Source: an uncultured Candidatus Saccharibacteria bacterium (lineage in GTDB: Bacteria > Patescibacteriota > Minisyncoccia > Phycocordibacterales > UBA918). Taken from it: 64,000 nucleotides of DNA. This document shows positions 20,310-29,655 of this stretch, in pieces. The translations under genes and the position numbers were made by a program. The first letter of the stretch is position 1. The number at the start of each line of letters is the position of its first letter. The notes under the pieces are model-generated. The model made no database searches. It was given only the letters and a program-made list of their open reading frames with translations, and was not told the DNA's origin. Location of the stretch: NCBI GenBank assembly GCA_964353135.1, contig CAYGTV010000001.1, positions 216,217 to 280,216 on the forward strand, written 5' to 3'.

Positions 20310-21539
20310 TTAAATTGTAAATTGCCCTTTTTCGTAGATTACTTTTTCGGTTCCGTCGTAGAGCGTGGCAGTAACTGTACGGTCGGTGGTGGTGACGATG
20401 TCGGTGTGTACTACTGAATCGTTGTAGCCTAGTTTGTCCCATTGCTTGTCACTGACTTTTGATGGGTCGCCGACATAGCAGTCGCGGTAGGCGCTCCCCA
20501 GGGCGATGTGACTATTCCCAAAAGTCCCGCCTACGTTTTCGTCGTAAAGTGTCTCAGCCATAAATTTGGTGATCCGCGATAGTCGCGCGTCTGTTAGTGA
20601 GTATTCTCCCACCTGATCACCGCCTTTGTTTTTGATCATTTCCTTGAGGATTTTTTCATTTTTTGTCGCTTTGCTTTTTACGACCTTTCCATTTTTGAAT
20701 TCCAGTTCGATTCCTTCGATCCGTGATCCGTACCGTAATAGTGGCTGGTTGAATTTGATCCAGCCGTTTACCTCACGGAAGTTAGGTGAAGTGAAGACTT
20801 CGTACGATGGGACGTTGTTTCCTCCACCGGCTCGCCAGGCTCGGTCCTTCCCAATCCCTACATGCAGATCAACATCTGCTCCCACCATATGAACTGATTT
20901 AATTTGCAAGTCAGTTAGTTTCTGAGCTGTCTTTTGAACAGTTTGGTTGATTTTTTTCCATTCGGCCACAGGGTTAGCAGAATCTAGATAACACGCCTTG
21001 ATGATTTGGTCCCAATACGCTTTTGTGCTCATCCCCGCTTCCTTGGCTGATGCATCTGTTCCATATAGTCCGAGTGTCCAGGTCATTTTTCCGGCGTCGA
21101 TCTTTTTGAAGCGTAAGTCCTTGACTGGTTTGAGTGATGCAGCTCGCGTCATGATTTTCTTGGGATCGACTCCAGCCAGCGCATTTGGGTCAGTCTCAGC
21201 GATAATGTGGATGCTCGCATCAACCTGGTTAGTCATTCCTTCGTAGTAATCCTTTGCGTAAAAAGCTAGCTGATCTTTGTCTGCATTGTCAAAAATGTTT
21301 TTTGCAAAGTTGTAGTCATCATCATTGTTTGGCAGAAAGATGCCTAGTGGATGGTATCCAGATTTCAAAATTGCTCTTTGCAGGTGAAAGTACATTGGTT
21401 TAGCAACCTCAGGGACCGTAAATTGGACCACAGAGCCTTTTTTAAGCTGTTTACCTGATCTAGACTGCAAACCAAATTTCACGAGTAATTCCGCGTATTT
21501 AGCGAGTATTTCTTCTGAGGGTTTATAGGCTTGTTTCAT
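20310..21539 (-). CDS. M29 family aminopeptidase (AmpS/aminopeptidase T-like)
   Basis: Conserved blocks VHMVGADVDLHVGI, NVPSYEVFTSP, LYDENVGG...SHIALGSAY, SVVHTD match M29 family. Confidence 0.75.
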   Translation of the reverse strand: MKQAYKPSEEILAKYAELLVKFGLQSRSGKQLKKGSVVQFTVPEVAKPMYFHLQRAILKSGYHPLGIFLPNNDDDYNFAKNIFDNADKDQLAFYAKDYYEGMTNQVDASIHIIAETDPNALAGVDPKKIMTRAASLKPVKDLRFKKIDAGKMTWTLGLYGTDASAKEAGMSTKAYWDQIIKACYLDSANPVAEWKKINQTVQKTAQKLTDLQIKSVHMVGADVDLHVGIGKDRAWRAGGGNNVPSYEVFTSPNFREVNGWIKFNQPLLRYGSRIEGIELEFKNGKVVKSKATKNEKILKEMIKNKGGDQVGEYSLTDARLSRITKFMAETLYDENVGGTFGNSHIALGSAYRDCYVGDPSKVSDKQWDKLGYNDSVVHTDIVTTTDRTVTATLYDGTEKVIYEKGQFTI

Positions 21540-21583
21540 ATGCCTGGATTATATCAGATTTATATAAATCTGGAGCTGCAACA

Positions 21584-21856
21584 TTGGCATGGCTCATCTA
21601 TGCCGGACCCACCCAAGAAAAGAAATTTGCGGTTGCGAAAGAAAATCTTGAGCTCCGGCTCACCACCATGATGGGTGGCGAAGCCGGCTGCGCAACAGAC
21701 ACAGAAATCAAGTCTGCCGTTGAAAAGATTGCTGCTGATCCAGCTGCATTTAAGCGACACAATCTGATCTCGTTCCAAAACTGCGCCGTGCCAGTTTTCG
21801 GCTCTGATTTGGATTCGCGGCTGTATCATCTCCGGGAAACTTTCCCGGGAGCATGA
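21584..21856 (+). CDS. hypothetical protein (90 aa)
   Basis: ORF ends 10 nt before a strong hairpin terminator; an overlapping antisense ORF (21560..21865) is the alternative. Confidence 0.4.
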   Translation: MAWLIYAGPTQEKKFAVAKENLELRLTTMMGGEAGCATDTEIKSAVEKIAADPAAFKRHNLISFQNCAVPVFGSDLDSRLYHLRETFPGA

Positions 21857-21865
21857 CCAAAACAC

Positions 21866-21905
21866 TAAGGGCCGATTCAGAAATGGATCGGCCCTTATTC
21901 GTTCT
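21866..21905. terminator. hairpin terminator (AAGGGCCGAT-loop-ATCGGCCCTT + T-rich tail)
   Basis: 10-bp perfect stem followed by ATTCGTTCTTATTTCTT; lies between convergent ORFs. Confidence 0.6.
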
Positions 21906-22087
21906 TATTTCTTAAACATTTTATAGATCGGGTACGCAGAAAATATCACTATGTATATCAGTAATGGTATGCCGTATGAATGTAACACTTCCATAATTTC
22001 CATACCTTTGATAAGGATAAGAAATACTATGATGCCAACAAAAATCGATATCTCAAACGCGTACAAGTGAAAGTCTGAACGGTCCAT
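21905..22087 (-). CDS. small membrane protein, hypothetical
   Basis: 60 aa, two hydrophobic helices, downstream of aspS. Confidence 0.4.
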   Translation of the reverse strand: MDRSDFHLYAFEISIFVGIIVFLILIKGMEIMEVLHSYGIPLLIYIVIFSAYPIYKMFKK

Positions 22088-22090
22088 GAC

Positions 22091-23497
22091 TTATTTTGCT
22101 TCTGCATTTCCAGGTTTTTGAACTGAAAGTCCAAGTTCAATCAATTGCTCAATCTCCAATGGCTTTGGTGCATTCATAACAGCTGTCTGCCCCTTTCGGG
22201 TCATTGGAAATGCCTGCACTTCTCGGAGCGATTCTTCACCGGTAAGATTCATAACGTTTCTCTCTACTCCTAGTGCAATTCCTCCATGAGGTGGAGTGCC
22301 GTATTTGAACGCTTCTAGCATGTGACCTACTTTGTCTTGGATTTCTTCGTCTGTGTTCCCCATGACTTTATAGACAGCTTCTATAATTTCTGGTTTATGT
22401 GAACGGATGCTTCCTCCTCCGGCTTCAAATCCGTTGCAAACTAGGTCGTATTGAGTAGTAAGAATGTTCTCAATATTTTCTCCCTTCATTAAATCTTCAA
22501 TGAACTCAGCTTTTGGCATTGAGAATGGATTGTGAGTAAAGGTCCAACCTCCTTCGTTTGTTTTCTCGAAGAACGGAAAATCAATCACCCATGCATATGC
22601 AAGTACACCATTTTCTTTGTCTTCTTCTGTTCTTAGGTCGAATTTATCTGCTCCATATTTTTCCATTGATTCAGCATAAGTAACCCGTGGAAATGGTTTC
22701 TGTTTAATTGTGTATCCCATATCTTCAACCGTCGTAGTAATCATTTCTTCAATGATATTCATTACGTCTGTCTGCTCAACAAAGGACATTTCGACGTCAA
22801 TTTGAGTATGTTCGTATCCTCGGTCAGCCCGCAAGTCTTCGTCTCTAATAGCTCGAGCGATTTGTACGTAACGTTCAAATCCGGCATTCATTAGCAATTG
22901 CTTGTATTGCTGTGGTGATTGCGGTAGAGCATAAAATTTCCCTGGGTTATGTCGACTTGGTACCACGAAGTCACGTGAACCCTCAGGTGTCGATTCAGTC
23001 AAAAGTGGTGTTTCAATTTCACAGAAGTCTCGATCCATGAGGAAGTCTCTACACTTCTTTACAAACTCACTTCGAACGCGCATGTTTCTTTGCATTCGCT
23101 CGGTACGTAAGTCGAGAGATCGATGTTTGAGTCTTACTTCCTCATCCTTTCCTAATGAGTCTTCTGTAAGATCAAATGGCGCTGTAGCAGCTTCGTTTAA
23201 GATTGTAATTCCAGTGATTTCTAGTTCAATGTCTCCGTTAATAACCCCTTCCTTGATAGCCTTTTCTGGCCGCGCATTTACCATACCTGTCATTGCTACT
23301 ACATACTCGGCTTTGAGTGTCTTTGCTACTTCAAGTACATCAGGTTTGCCAAAGACTACCCCCTGCACTTTTCCGCTTCGGTCTCGAATATCACAAAATA
23401 CCATCTTACTCTGGTCTCGCGTGACGTGAATCCACCCATTGATGGTGACTTCTTTTCCTTTGTGTGCACTTAGTTCTGCAATTAGTGTTCGTTCCAT
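22091..23497 (-). CDS. aspS: aspartate--tRNA ligase (short form lacking GAD insertion domain)
   Basis: Class II motif 2 region QIARAIRDEDLRADRGYEHTQIDVEMSF matches AspRS FRDEDLRADRQPEFTQID; N-terminal OB fold; 468 aa. Confidence 0.9.
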   Translation of the reverse strand: MERTLIAELSAHKGKEVTINGWIHVTRDQSKMVFCDIRDRSGKVQGVVFGKPDVLEVAKTLKAEYVVAMTGMVNARPEKAIKEGVINGDIELEITGITILNEAATAPFDLTEDSLGKDEEVRLKHRSLDLRTERMQRNMRVRSEFVKKCRDFLMDRDFCEIETPLLTESTPEGSRDFVVPSRHNPGKFYALPQSPQQYKQLLMNAGFERYVQIARAIRDEDLRADRGYEHTQIDVEMSFVEQTDVMNIIEEMITTTVEDMGYTIKQKPFPRVTYAESMEKYGADKFDLRTEEDKENGVLAYAWVIDFPFFEKTNEGGWTFTHNPFSMPKAEFIEDLMKGENIENILTTQYDLVCNGFEAGGGSIRSHKPEIIEAVYKVMGNTDEEIQDKVGHMLEAFKYGTPPHGGIALGVERNVMNLTGEESLREVQAFPMTRKGQTAVMNAPKPLEIEQLIELGLSVQKPGNAEAK

Positions 23498-23500
23498 GAT

Positions 23501-24490
23501 TTATAGGTTAATGCCGATAGCGGTTCGGACTTTCTTGATAGTTTGGTTTGAGGTTTCTTTTGCTCGGGCTGCACCATCTAGTAATACGTGCTGTACATGT
23601 TCATCGGTGATTGAGTCTCGGCGTTCTCGCATTGGCGCGATGAGCGCAATCAGGTCAGCTGCGAGGATTTTTTTGAGGTCACCGTACCGACCTTTGTGTG
23701 TTTCATAGATTGGTTCTAGTTCCTCGGCTGTTTTGAGTAGGCGGTGAATAGCATAGACATGTTCTGGTCGGTCTCCGTCACTGTCGGTCACAATTCCCAT
23801 GACGGCTTTTTCGATCTCGTCGTCAGTTCCAAACAGAGGAATGGTGTTGCCTTTGCTTTTACTCATCTTTTCACCATCAGTTCCGGGAACGACTCCTACC
23901 GTATCAAGAATCATTTCTTTTGGCTCCTTGAGTAGGTTATCGCCATAGGCCCGGTTAAATTTTCCCACTGCTTCCCGGGTGTATTCCAGATGTTGTCGTT
24001 GGTCTTCCCCGACCGGTACAACATCGATATCGTAGAGTGTGATATCGGCCGCTTGCAGCATTGGGTAGGTAAATAGTCCGGCGTTTGGTTCCAGCCCTTT
24101 GGCTACTTTGTCTTTGTAGGAGTGTGCCAACTGCAAAAACGGCACAGTCACCATGCAGTTAAAGACCCAGCCGAGTTCCATGTGGTCCTGGTTATCAGAT
24201 TGTCGGAACATGATGCATTTTTTGGGATCAACACCCACTGCCAGGTAGTCTTTGACAACATTGATAATGTTCTGATGCATTTCTTGTGGGTCACGTAGCG
24301 AAGTAAGGGCATGGTAGTCGGCTACCATCAGGTGGCTATCGTACTCCTCGTACATTTCTACAAATGGTTTAAGCGCACCAAAATAGTTCCCGATGTGCAG
24401 GGTTCCAGATGATTGTAGTCCAGTTAGTAAACGTTTTTTAGATTCTGACATATTTGCTTGCAATAGTACCAAAAAACGCCTGTAAAACAA
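23501..24490 (-). CDS. trpS: tryptophan--tRNA ligase
   Basis: LTGLQSSGTLHIGNYFGA (HIGH region) and KMSKS motifs. Confidence 0.9.
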   Translation of the reverse strand: MFYRRFLVLLQANMSESKKRLLTGLQSSGTLHIGNYFGALKPFVEMYEEYDSHLMVADYHALTSLRDPQEMHQNIINVVKDYLAVGVDPKKCIMFRQSDNQDHMELGWVFNCMVTVPFLQLAHSYKDKVAKGLEPNAGLFTYPMLQAADITLYDIDVVPVGEDQRQHLEYTREAVGKFNRAYGDNLLKEPKEMILDTVGVVPGTDGEKMSKSKGNTIPLFGTDDEIEKAVMGIVTDSDGDRPEHVYAIHRLLKTAEELEPIYETHKGRYGDLKKILAADLIALIAPMRERRDSITDEHVQHVLLDGAARAKETSNQTIKKVRTAIGINL

Positions 24491-24639
24491 ACGTTTCTTG
24501 TGACCTCATTGAGATTTATTTCTAAAGTTGATGCAGGTGAGCTGGATAGAACAATTATTTCAATTGAAACGCAAATTGATACGTTGATGGCGGAATAACT
24601 GTGAAGGCAGTTCAGATGCACCACTTTTGGGAGAAAGCT

Positions 24640-26322
24640 TTACATTGCAAGTGGTAAGGTAAGAGTAAACCGAGATCCTTTCCCTGGGCCTTCTGAGTGG
24701 GCAGTGATGCTTCCTCCCATCGCTTCGGCCATCTTTTGCGCCACAAATAGTCCCAGCCCCGATCCTGATTTGTTTATATCATTAGCACCATCAGCCCGAC
24801 TAAATTTCTGGAAAAGTATGTCAATCGTTTCTTTTGACATACCTATTCCGGTATCGATAATGTCAACCGAGATAGTCTTGCTTTTCAAGTCGTCTCGCAT
24901 AAATACAGTAACCGTTCCTTTTGGTGTGTATTTTATCGAATTATTGATTAGGTTGTGAGCAATTTGAATTGTTTTACCGACGTCTGCACTAACAATCGCC
25001 TTACTCTGTAAGTCGGTTCTAAATAGCAGCATCAGCCCTTGTTTGATTGCAGTTGGTCTGATGTCGTCAGTTACACCTTCGATCTCGTGTCTAAGATTGA
25101 AATCAGACACCTCGTACTTCATGTTTCCAGACTCAATTCGAGAAACGTTGAGGTAATCCTCGACTACTAGAGCCATATTTTTTGCCGAAGATTCTATTCG
25201 TTCGATTGGTTCTTTGGCTTTGTCTGGGATCGGACCAAAGCTCCCCTCAGATAACATAGAAGCGTATCCACGAATCGAGGTGAGTGGGCTCCGTAATTGA
25301 TGTGAAGCAATCGACACAAACTCCGACTTCTGTTTATCAAGCGCCTTGAGGCGGACGTTAGCTTTTTCTAAATCAGTTGCAAGTTTCTCGATTCTCTCTC
25401 TTTGTTTGATTTCATTTCTAACACTACGAATAAGTAATACTCCTAGTATTATTGTGATTATCAAGGTTGCCAAAGCTATGGCTTGAACATTTTCAAGTTT
25501 TCTAACAAACAAGAGAGATGCAATAAGAACACCTAGCCCGGTGACCAAGGCTTCTGTTGCCATGATTTTTGCTTTGAACATTTGATAACGAACCATCAAA
25601 TATGTGATAAAGGCTACAAATATCGGCATACCAAAGAGGCCGTACTGACCTAGTTCCCAGTTTGTTTCAAAACTTCCAAGAATATTTCCTACCGAAAATG
25701 AAAATAAAAACGCTAGCATACCAGCTGTTGCGAGTGAAAATTCAATCCGTCGGCTTTTATTTTTAATTTTTCTTATTTCCTTGACTGCAAAAGTCAAAAT
25801 ACCTAGTGCAATGATAATCTCCGCGTAATACACGTATGATTGCCAGAGTGGTCCTTCGAGTGCTTCTCTCCAGCAGTTGGTAAAATCAAAACCTAACAAA
25901 TTGAGTGATGTGTGGGTAAACAAGAACGCAGGAACAAAAATTAGAAAAATAGCTAGCTCGCTTCTCCATGAAGGCCATCTGTTAGTGATTAGTGTATGTA
26001 TGAAATAGTAGGAAGCAACATAGATCAATAGCTCGAAGTGAATCAAGATTGACCAAAAGAACATAATCAAATCAGATCGTTCCGACGCCCATAGTACAAG
26101 GTCAATGAGACTCCAGGCGGTGAATGCTAATGCTAAGAAAAGTAAAGCGATTGAGGTTTTTGCTCTAGGATTATGGAAAAAGACAAACAAAGCAATCAGT
26201 AGGATCGAAAGCGACGGAAACAGATGTGAGTAGTAAATAAAGTTACCCCAAATATTCTCTGAGAAAATCAGGTATGGTGCAGGTTCCCAGAGGCAAATTG
26301 TTGGATCAGCAATATTTCCCAT
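24640..26322 (-). CDS. sensor histidine kinase with N-terminal polytopic membrane sensor domain
   Basis: H-box SHQLRSPLTSI, N-box NLINNSIKYT, G1 DTGIGM, G2 GSGLGL; ~8 N-terminal TM segments; no cognate response regulator nearby. Confidence 0.85.
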   Translation of the reverse strand: MGNIADPTICLWEPAPYLIFSENIWGNFIYYSHLFPSLSILLIALFVFFHNPRAKTSIALLFLALAFTAWSLIDLVLWASERSDLIMFFWSILIHFELLIYVASYYFIHTLITNRWPSWRSELAIFLIFVPAFLFTHTSLNLLGFDFTNCWREALEGPLWQSYVYYAEIIIALGILTFAVKEIRKIKNKSRRIEFSLATAGMLAFLFSFSVGNILGSFETNWELGQYGLFGMPIFVAFITYLMVRYQMFKAKIMATEALVTGLGVLIASLLFVRKLENVQAIALATLIITIILGVLLIRSVRNEIKQRERIEKLATDLEKANVRLKALDKQKSEFVSIASHQLRSPLTSIRGYASMLSEGSFGPIPDKAKEPIERIESSAKNMALVVEDYLNVSRIESGNMKYEVSDFNLRHEIEGVTDDIRPTAIKQGLMLLFRTDLQSKAIVSADVGKTIQIAHNLINNSIKYTPKGTVTVFMRDDLKSKTISVDIIDTGIGMSKETIDILFQKFSRADGANDINKSGSGLGLFVAQKMAEAMGGSITAHSEGPGKGSRFTLTLPLAM

Positions 26323-26324
26323 GT

Positions 26325-26501
26325 TTATTCAGCAAAAAGTTCTTCGAAATAATCCTCAGTTTCAGGGCCGTCAGGGTTTGTAAAGATCACGTAGTCTTGC
26401 TGTACAACTTTGACATAATAAGTGACCGCAATCGAGAATGCGATCATCGATAGCGTGATGACTCTTATGAGTAGTGCAAAATTAAACGGTTTCTTTAACA
26501 T
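26325..26501 (-). CDS. small single-TM protein (about 58 aa), hypothetical; not in supplied ORF track
   Basis: ATG at 26501 preceded by TATACT; ORF MLKKPFNFALLIRVITLSMIAFSIAV... ends 2 nt before kinase start. Confidence 0.35.
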   Translation of the reverse strand: MLKKPFNFALLIRVITLSMIAFSIAVTYYVKVVQQDYVIFTNPDGPETEDYFEELFAE

Positions 26502-26567
26502 GAACTATCTCTAGTATAGCCGGTCATCTCTCTGCTGAGTCTTACTAATATCGTTTTTGTGTATAAC

Positions 26568-27053
26568 TTATGATAAACAGTCAATCTCGTACACTCTTTG
26601 GAAATTCTTGGGTATGTTTGCTCTGTTTTTATTAAATTCAACTTTGCTTAGGGTAAAAATTGGACCAATGGTCTTTCTGCAGTTACGCGCTCCACAATGA
26701 CACCGACCCGGTAAAACCCAGTCCTTATCAGCTTCGGTAAAAGAGTAGTCCATTAGGAGCTCTTCGTTTGGTTGTATGTCTCTGATAGCGATGACTTTTC
26801 GTTTCGTCACAATAGCCACATTTGGATTGCATGAGTGGTTGATGTATTTAAATTTTGATTTTTTAGTATCAATCCAAGTATATCTTCCTGCTCCAATCCA
26901 ATCTAAACTTTGTTTTGCTAAAACAGTCGAGAATTTTTTTACTACTTTTAGAGGGCCATGAACATAGTCGACGGTTTCGTTGGCTTGGATTAGTTCGGCT
27001 GTATGTAGACCGTCTCCGTTAATTTTGCTTTTACGCACGTATAGTTGTTTCAT
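26568..27053 (-). CDS. SET-domain protein (putative protein lysine methyltransferase) with post-SET Cys cluster
   Basis: NHSCNPN, ELLMDYSF and CHCGARNC motifs. Confidence 0.85.
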   Translation of the reverse strand: MKQLYVRKSKINGDGLHTAELIQANETVDYVHGPLKVVKKFSTVLAKQSLDWIGAGRYTWIDTKKSKFKYINHSCNPNVAIVTKRKVIAIRDIQPNEELLMDYSFTEADKDWVLPGRCHCGARNCRKTIGPIFTLSKVEFNKNRANIPKNFQRVYEIDCLS

Positions 27054-27708
27054 ATGTTGTCATTTTTCGTAGGGCCAGTATACCAACAAGTCCATGCATT
27101 AGTGCATTTGAGACTGGATAAAACATGAGCGGGTGCCAAAACGCGCCATGAGTAGCAAACGTTACACCAGCTAGAATCGCATAAGCAGCAGCCCATATAG
27201 TCCATGGGAACCAATGTTCTTTTTCAGGGTTTTTCCATGTTGAGTGTAGTAAAGGATAGAATGATGGAAACGTTGAGAGGTTTGATAAAAACAAGAACCC
27301 CAGCACTGCCCATTCCCGATATTCTGGTGTGAGAAAGGCTGCACCGGCAAGTATCCAGGCTCCTATGTAAGCAATGGTGATAGCTATGTCACCCAAGAAA
27401 GACACTTTGTCCCAAAAATCCTCTGGCCACCAATCCTCTGGCCACCATTTATGGGGATTAATCAGACGAGCTTTTTTCCAACAACGATAGGAAACGTACA
27501 CGGCTAGTGTTCCGCATACAGTCGGGAGTATTAGTTCTGCAAACGTAGCGTTAGCATCCCATTCAAGCACCGCTAGAATCAAGGTGCCATACGCAAACAT
27601 AAACCACGTAACTGGCTCTGGGTCGATGTCTTCGTTTCTTATGTAAAAGATGTAGCCGATGAGCTGAAGTACTCCAGCTATAATCCCGGCAAGTAGTATT
27701 AAAGACAT
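27031..27708 (-). CDS. polytopic membrane protein, hypothetical (contains WWPEDWWPEDFW repeat)
   Basis: 225 aa, about 6 hydrophobic helices. Confidence 0.5.
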   Translation of the reverse strand: MSLILLAGIIAGVLQLIGYIFYIRNEDIDPEPVTWFMFAYGTLILAVLEWDANATFAELILPTVCGTLAVYVSYRCWKKARLINPHKWWPEDWWPEDFWDKVSFLGDIAITIAYIGAWILAGAAFLTPEYREWAVLGFLFLSNLSTFPSFYPLLHSTWKNPEKEHWFPWTIWAAAYAILAGVTFATHGAFWHPLMFYPVSNALMHGLVGILALRKMTTYETTIRA

Positions 27709-27777
27709 ATCAGATCAAAAGTAGACTCATACTACCAGAAACTTGTTTAAAAATAACGTTTCTAGTGTTCCTACTGT

Positions 27778-28983
27778 TCACATCTCGAGCGGCAACACCA
27801 GAGTAAAACGTGATCCCTTTCCTATCCCCTCTGAGTGAGCACTGATGTTCCCTCCCATAGCTACAGCAAGTTTCTGAGCCAGACATAAACGCAGATTATC
27901 TCCACAGACTTTTGATCCAGCATCGAGAGTTGAGTCTTTTTTGAAGGTAGTCTTGATTTGGTCAGATGAGATCCCTTTTCCGGTGTCGATCACGTCTACA
28001 TATACTTTTTTTGTTTTGAGGTCATCACGCACAAAGGCAGTGATGGTACCACGTGGGGTATTTTCCTCTGCCTGGGTAATGAGGATGCGCAGGATTTGAT
28101 GCACTTTGGTTCTATCAGCGTTGATAATAGTTTGGCTTGTGAGGTTTGTTCTGAGCAATAGGATGAGACCTTTTTTTAAAATTGCCGGACGTAGTTCGTC
28201 ACAGATAGTTTCGACTGTATCCCGCAGGTTGAGGTCGGTCAGACTGAGGTCCATGTGACCAGCCTCGAGCTTGGTTAGGTCTAGATGAGTTTCGATTGTT
28301 CTGGCCATCGCTTTGGCAGAGTCATTGATTTTGAGCAAGGCGTTTCGACTTTGTTCAGCATTTGCATCAGTATTTGATTCAAGAAGTGATTCAATCTGTA
28401 CTCGGAGGTTTGTCAGTGGCGTTCGTAACTGTTTAATGGTTCCTGCCAGGTCAGAGCTATGTTTCTGATTTTTCTTGAGCAGTTTAGCAGACGTCTGAGC
28501 GGCATTGTTGACACTGTCGTTGGCACGATGTTGATGATATCGGACACCGTGTACCAATAGATGGATACAGCACAGTGCTGCAGCTGCAATGATTCCCATC
28601 ATGTACCACGAAAGATAGGTGAAGAAATTACTAGTGGCACACGCCCCGATCGCTCCATTGATACTCTGGCTGCTCGGTAACACGAGCAAAACTGGGACAC
28701 TTGCCAAGTAGACAAGCCACACCAGCACTCGTTTGTAGGCTTCAACCGGTTGCAGTTGGTGATACGTAGCTGACAACGCACCCAAGCTGGCGGCAATTGC
28801 CAGAATCCACAGTCCTATGGTCAACATCACATCCACACTGCTGGTATAGAGATAGCAAAAATTGTTGGTGCTAGTTGGGTCAGCAGTAACATTGAAAATC
28901 AATATAGCAACAGTTAAGATCGCTAAAACCGCAAAGCAAATGCTCCGCGTCTGTTCGAGTGGACTGGCCAAGTTACGCCCCAT
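27778..28983 (-). CDS. histidine-kinase-like membrane protein, catalytically degenerate (pseudo-kinase paralog of 24640..26322)
   Basis: C-terminus similar to upstream kinase (GGNISAHSEGIGKGSRFTLVLP) but H-box reads IKQLRTPL (His->Lys), N-box Asn lost (ILITQAEENT), G2 box NLRL. Confidence 0.75.
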   Translation of the reverse strand: MGRNLASPLEQTRSICFAVLAILTVAILIFNVTADPTSTNNFCYLYTSSVDVMLTIGLWILAIAASLGALSATYHQLQPVEAYKRVLVWLVYLASVPVLLVLPSSQSINGAIGACATSNFFTYLSWYMMGIIAAAALCCIHLLVHGVRYHQHRANDSVNNAAQTSAKLLKKNQKHSSDLAGTIKQLRTPLTNLRVQIESLLESNTDANAEQSRNALLKINDSAKAMARTIETHLDLTKLEAGHMDLSLTDLNLRDTVETICDELRPAILKKGLILLLRTNLTSQTIINADRTKVHQILRILITQAEENTPRGTITAFVRDDLKTKKVYVDVIDTGKGISSDQIKTTFKKDSTLDAGSKVCGDNLRLCLAQKLAVAMGGNISAHSEGIGKGSRFTLVLPLEM

Positions 28984-29043
28984 ATGTAGTACCAGTATAT
29001 CAAGCGGCCGGTTCTTTTTATGTAGTTATTACGCTAGCAATCC

Positions 29044-29547
29044 TTACAGGAGAAAGAGAATAACCAACGGAGCCATCAGCCACCAAAAGAAAGAACTTTC
29101 CGCTCCAAATGCTGTCTGTAGTGGGGTGCCTGGTGTAAGGAATTCTGTTACCGGCAATACGTGGAAAGAAAATGCCATGACAAGTACACTGGCTGAGCCA
29201 GCTAGTAAAAATTTCTTGAAAAAGCTTTCAAATTTTTTCTCCTTGAATTCATCAGGCATGATCCGGTAACACAGCCAGGTCATCAAAATGGTGAATGTTG
29301 CAAAGATAGTCAGCTTGCCAAATGATTGAGCTAGTCCACTACCAAGGTTTTCGGTCAAGTACGCTGTGTAAGGAAATTCGATCAAGATCAATAGTGCCAG
29401 GTATAGTCCGACGATTACGTTTATCATGGCTTGTCGTCCTTTAAAGGTTGCCCAAATCATGAATAACATAAAGACAGCCAAGAGATACGAGATCTCGAAC
29501 ATAAAGTCTAAAACAAAGCCCCAGTCCATAGCTTGATTATAATCCAA
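29044..29547 (-). CDS. membrane protein, hypothetical
   Basis: 167 aa, 5 hydrophobic segments. Confidence 0.5.
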   Translation of the reverse strand: MDYNQAMDWGFVLDFMFEISYLLAVFMLFMIWATFKGRQAMINVIVGLYLALLILIEFPYTAYLTENLGSGLAQSFGKLTIFATFTILMTWLCYRIMPDEFKEKKFESFFKKFLLAGSASVLVMAFSFHVLPVTEFLTPGTPLQTAFGAESSFFWWLMAPLVILFLL

Positions 29548-29598
29548 ATTTTTAATTCTGTTGGCTAAAAAACATCGACCTGTTCACAACAAATTTAT

Positions 29599-29627
29599 TT
29601 GACATTTTTAATAATGTATACATAATA
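29599..29627 (+). promoter_or_regulatory. sigma70-type promoter TTGACA-17-ATAATA
   Basis: Consensus -35, AT-rich -10 upstream of ORF 29656 with GGAG RBS. Confidence 0.5.
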
Positions 29628-29655
29628 TAAGATATCCTCAACAAGGAGCAAAGAA

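Noticed and set aside
21560-21865. 101-aa minus-strand ORF overlapping the 21584..21856 + ORF
   Set aside because: The two are mutually exclusive; the + ORF ends just before the hairpin terminator while the minus ORF would start inside it. The + ORF is retained with low confidence.
24491-24639. T-box leader upstream of trpS
   Set aside because: The region is only about 150 nt and lacks the T-box consensus (AATTAGGGTGGNACCGCG) and a specifier or antiterminator arrangement.
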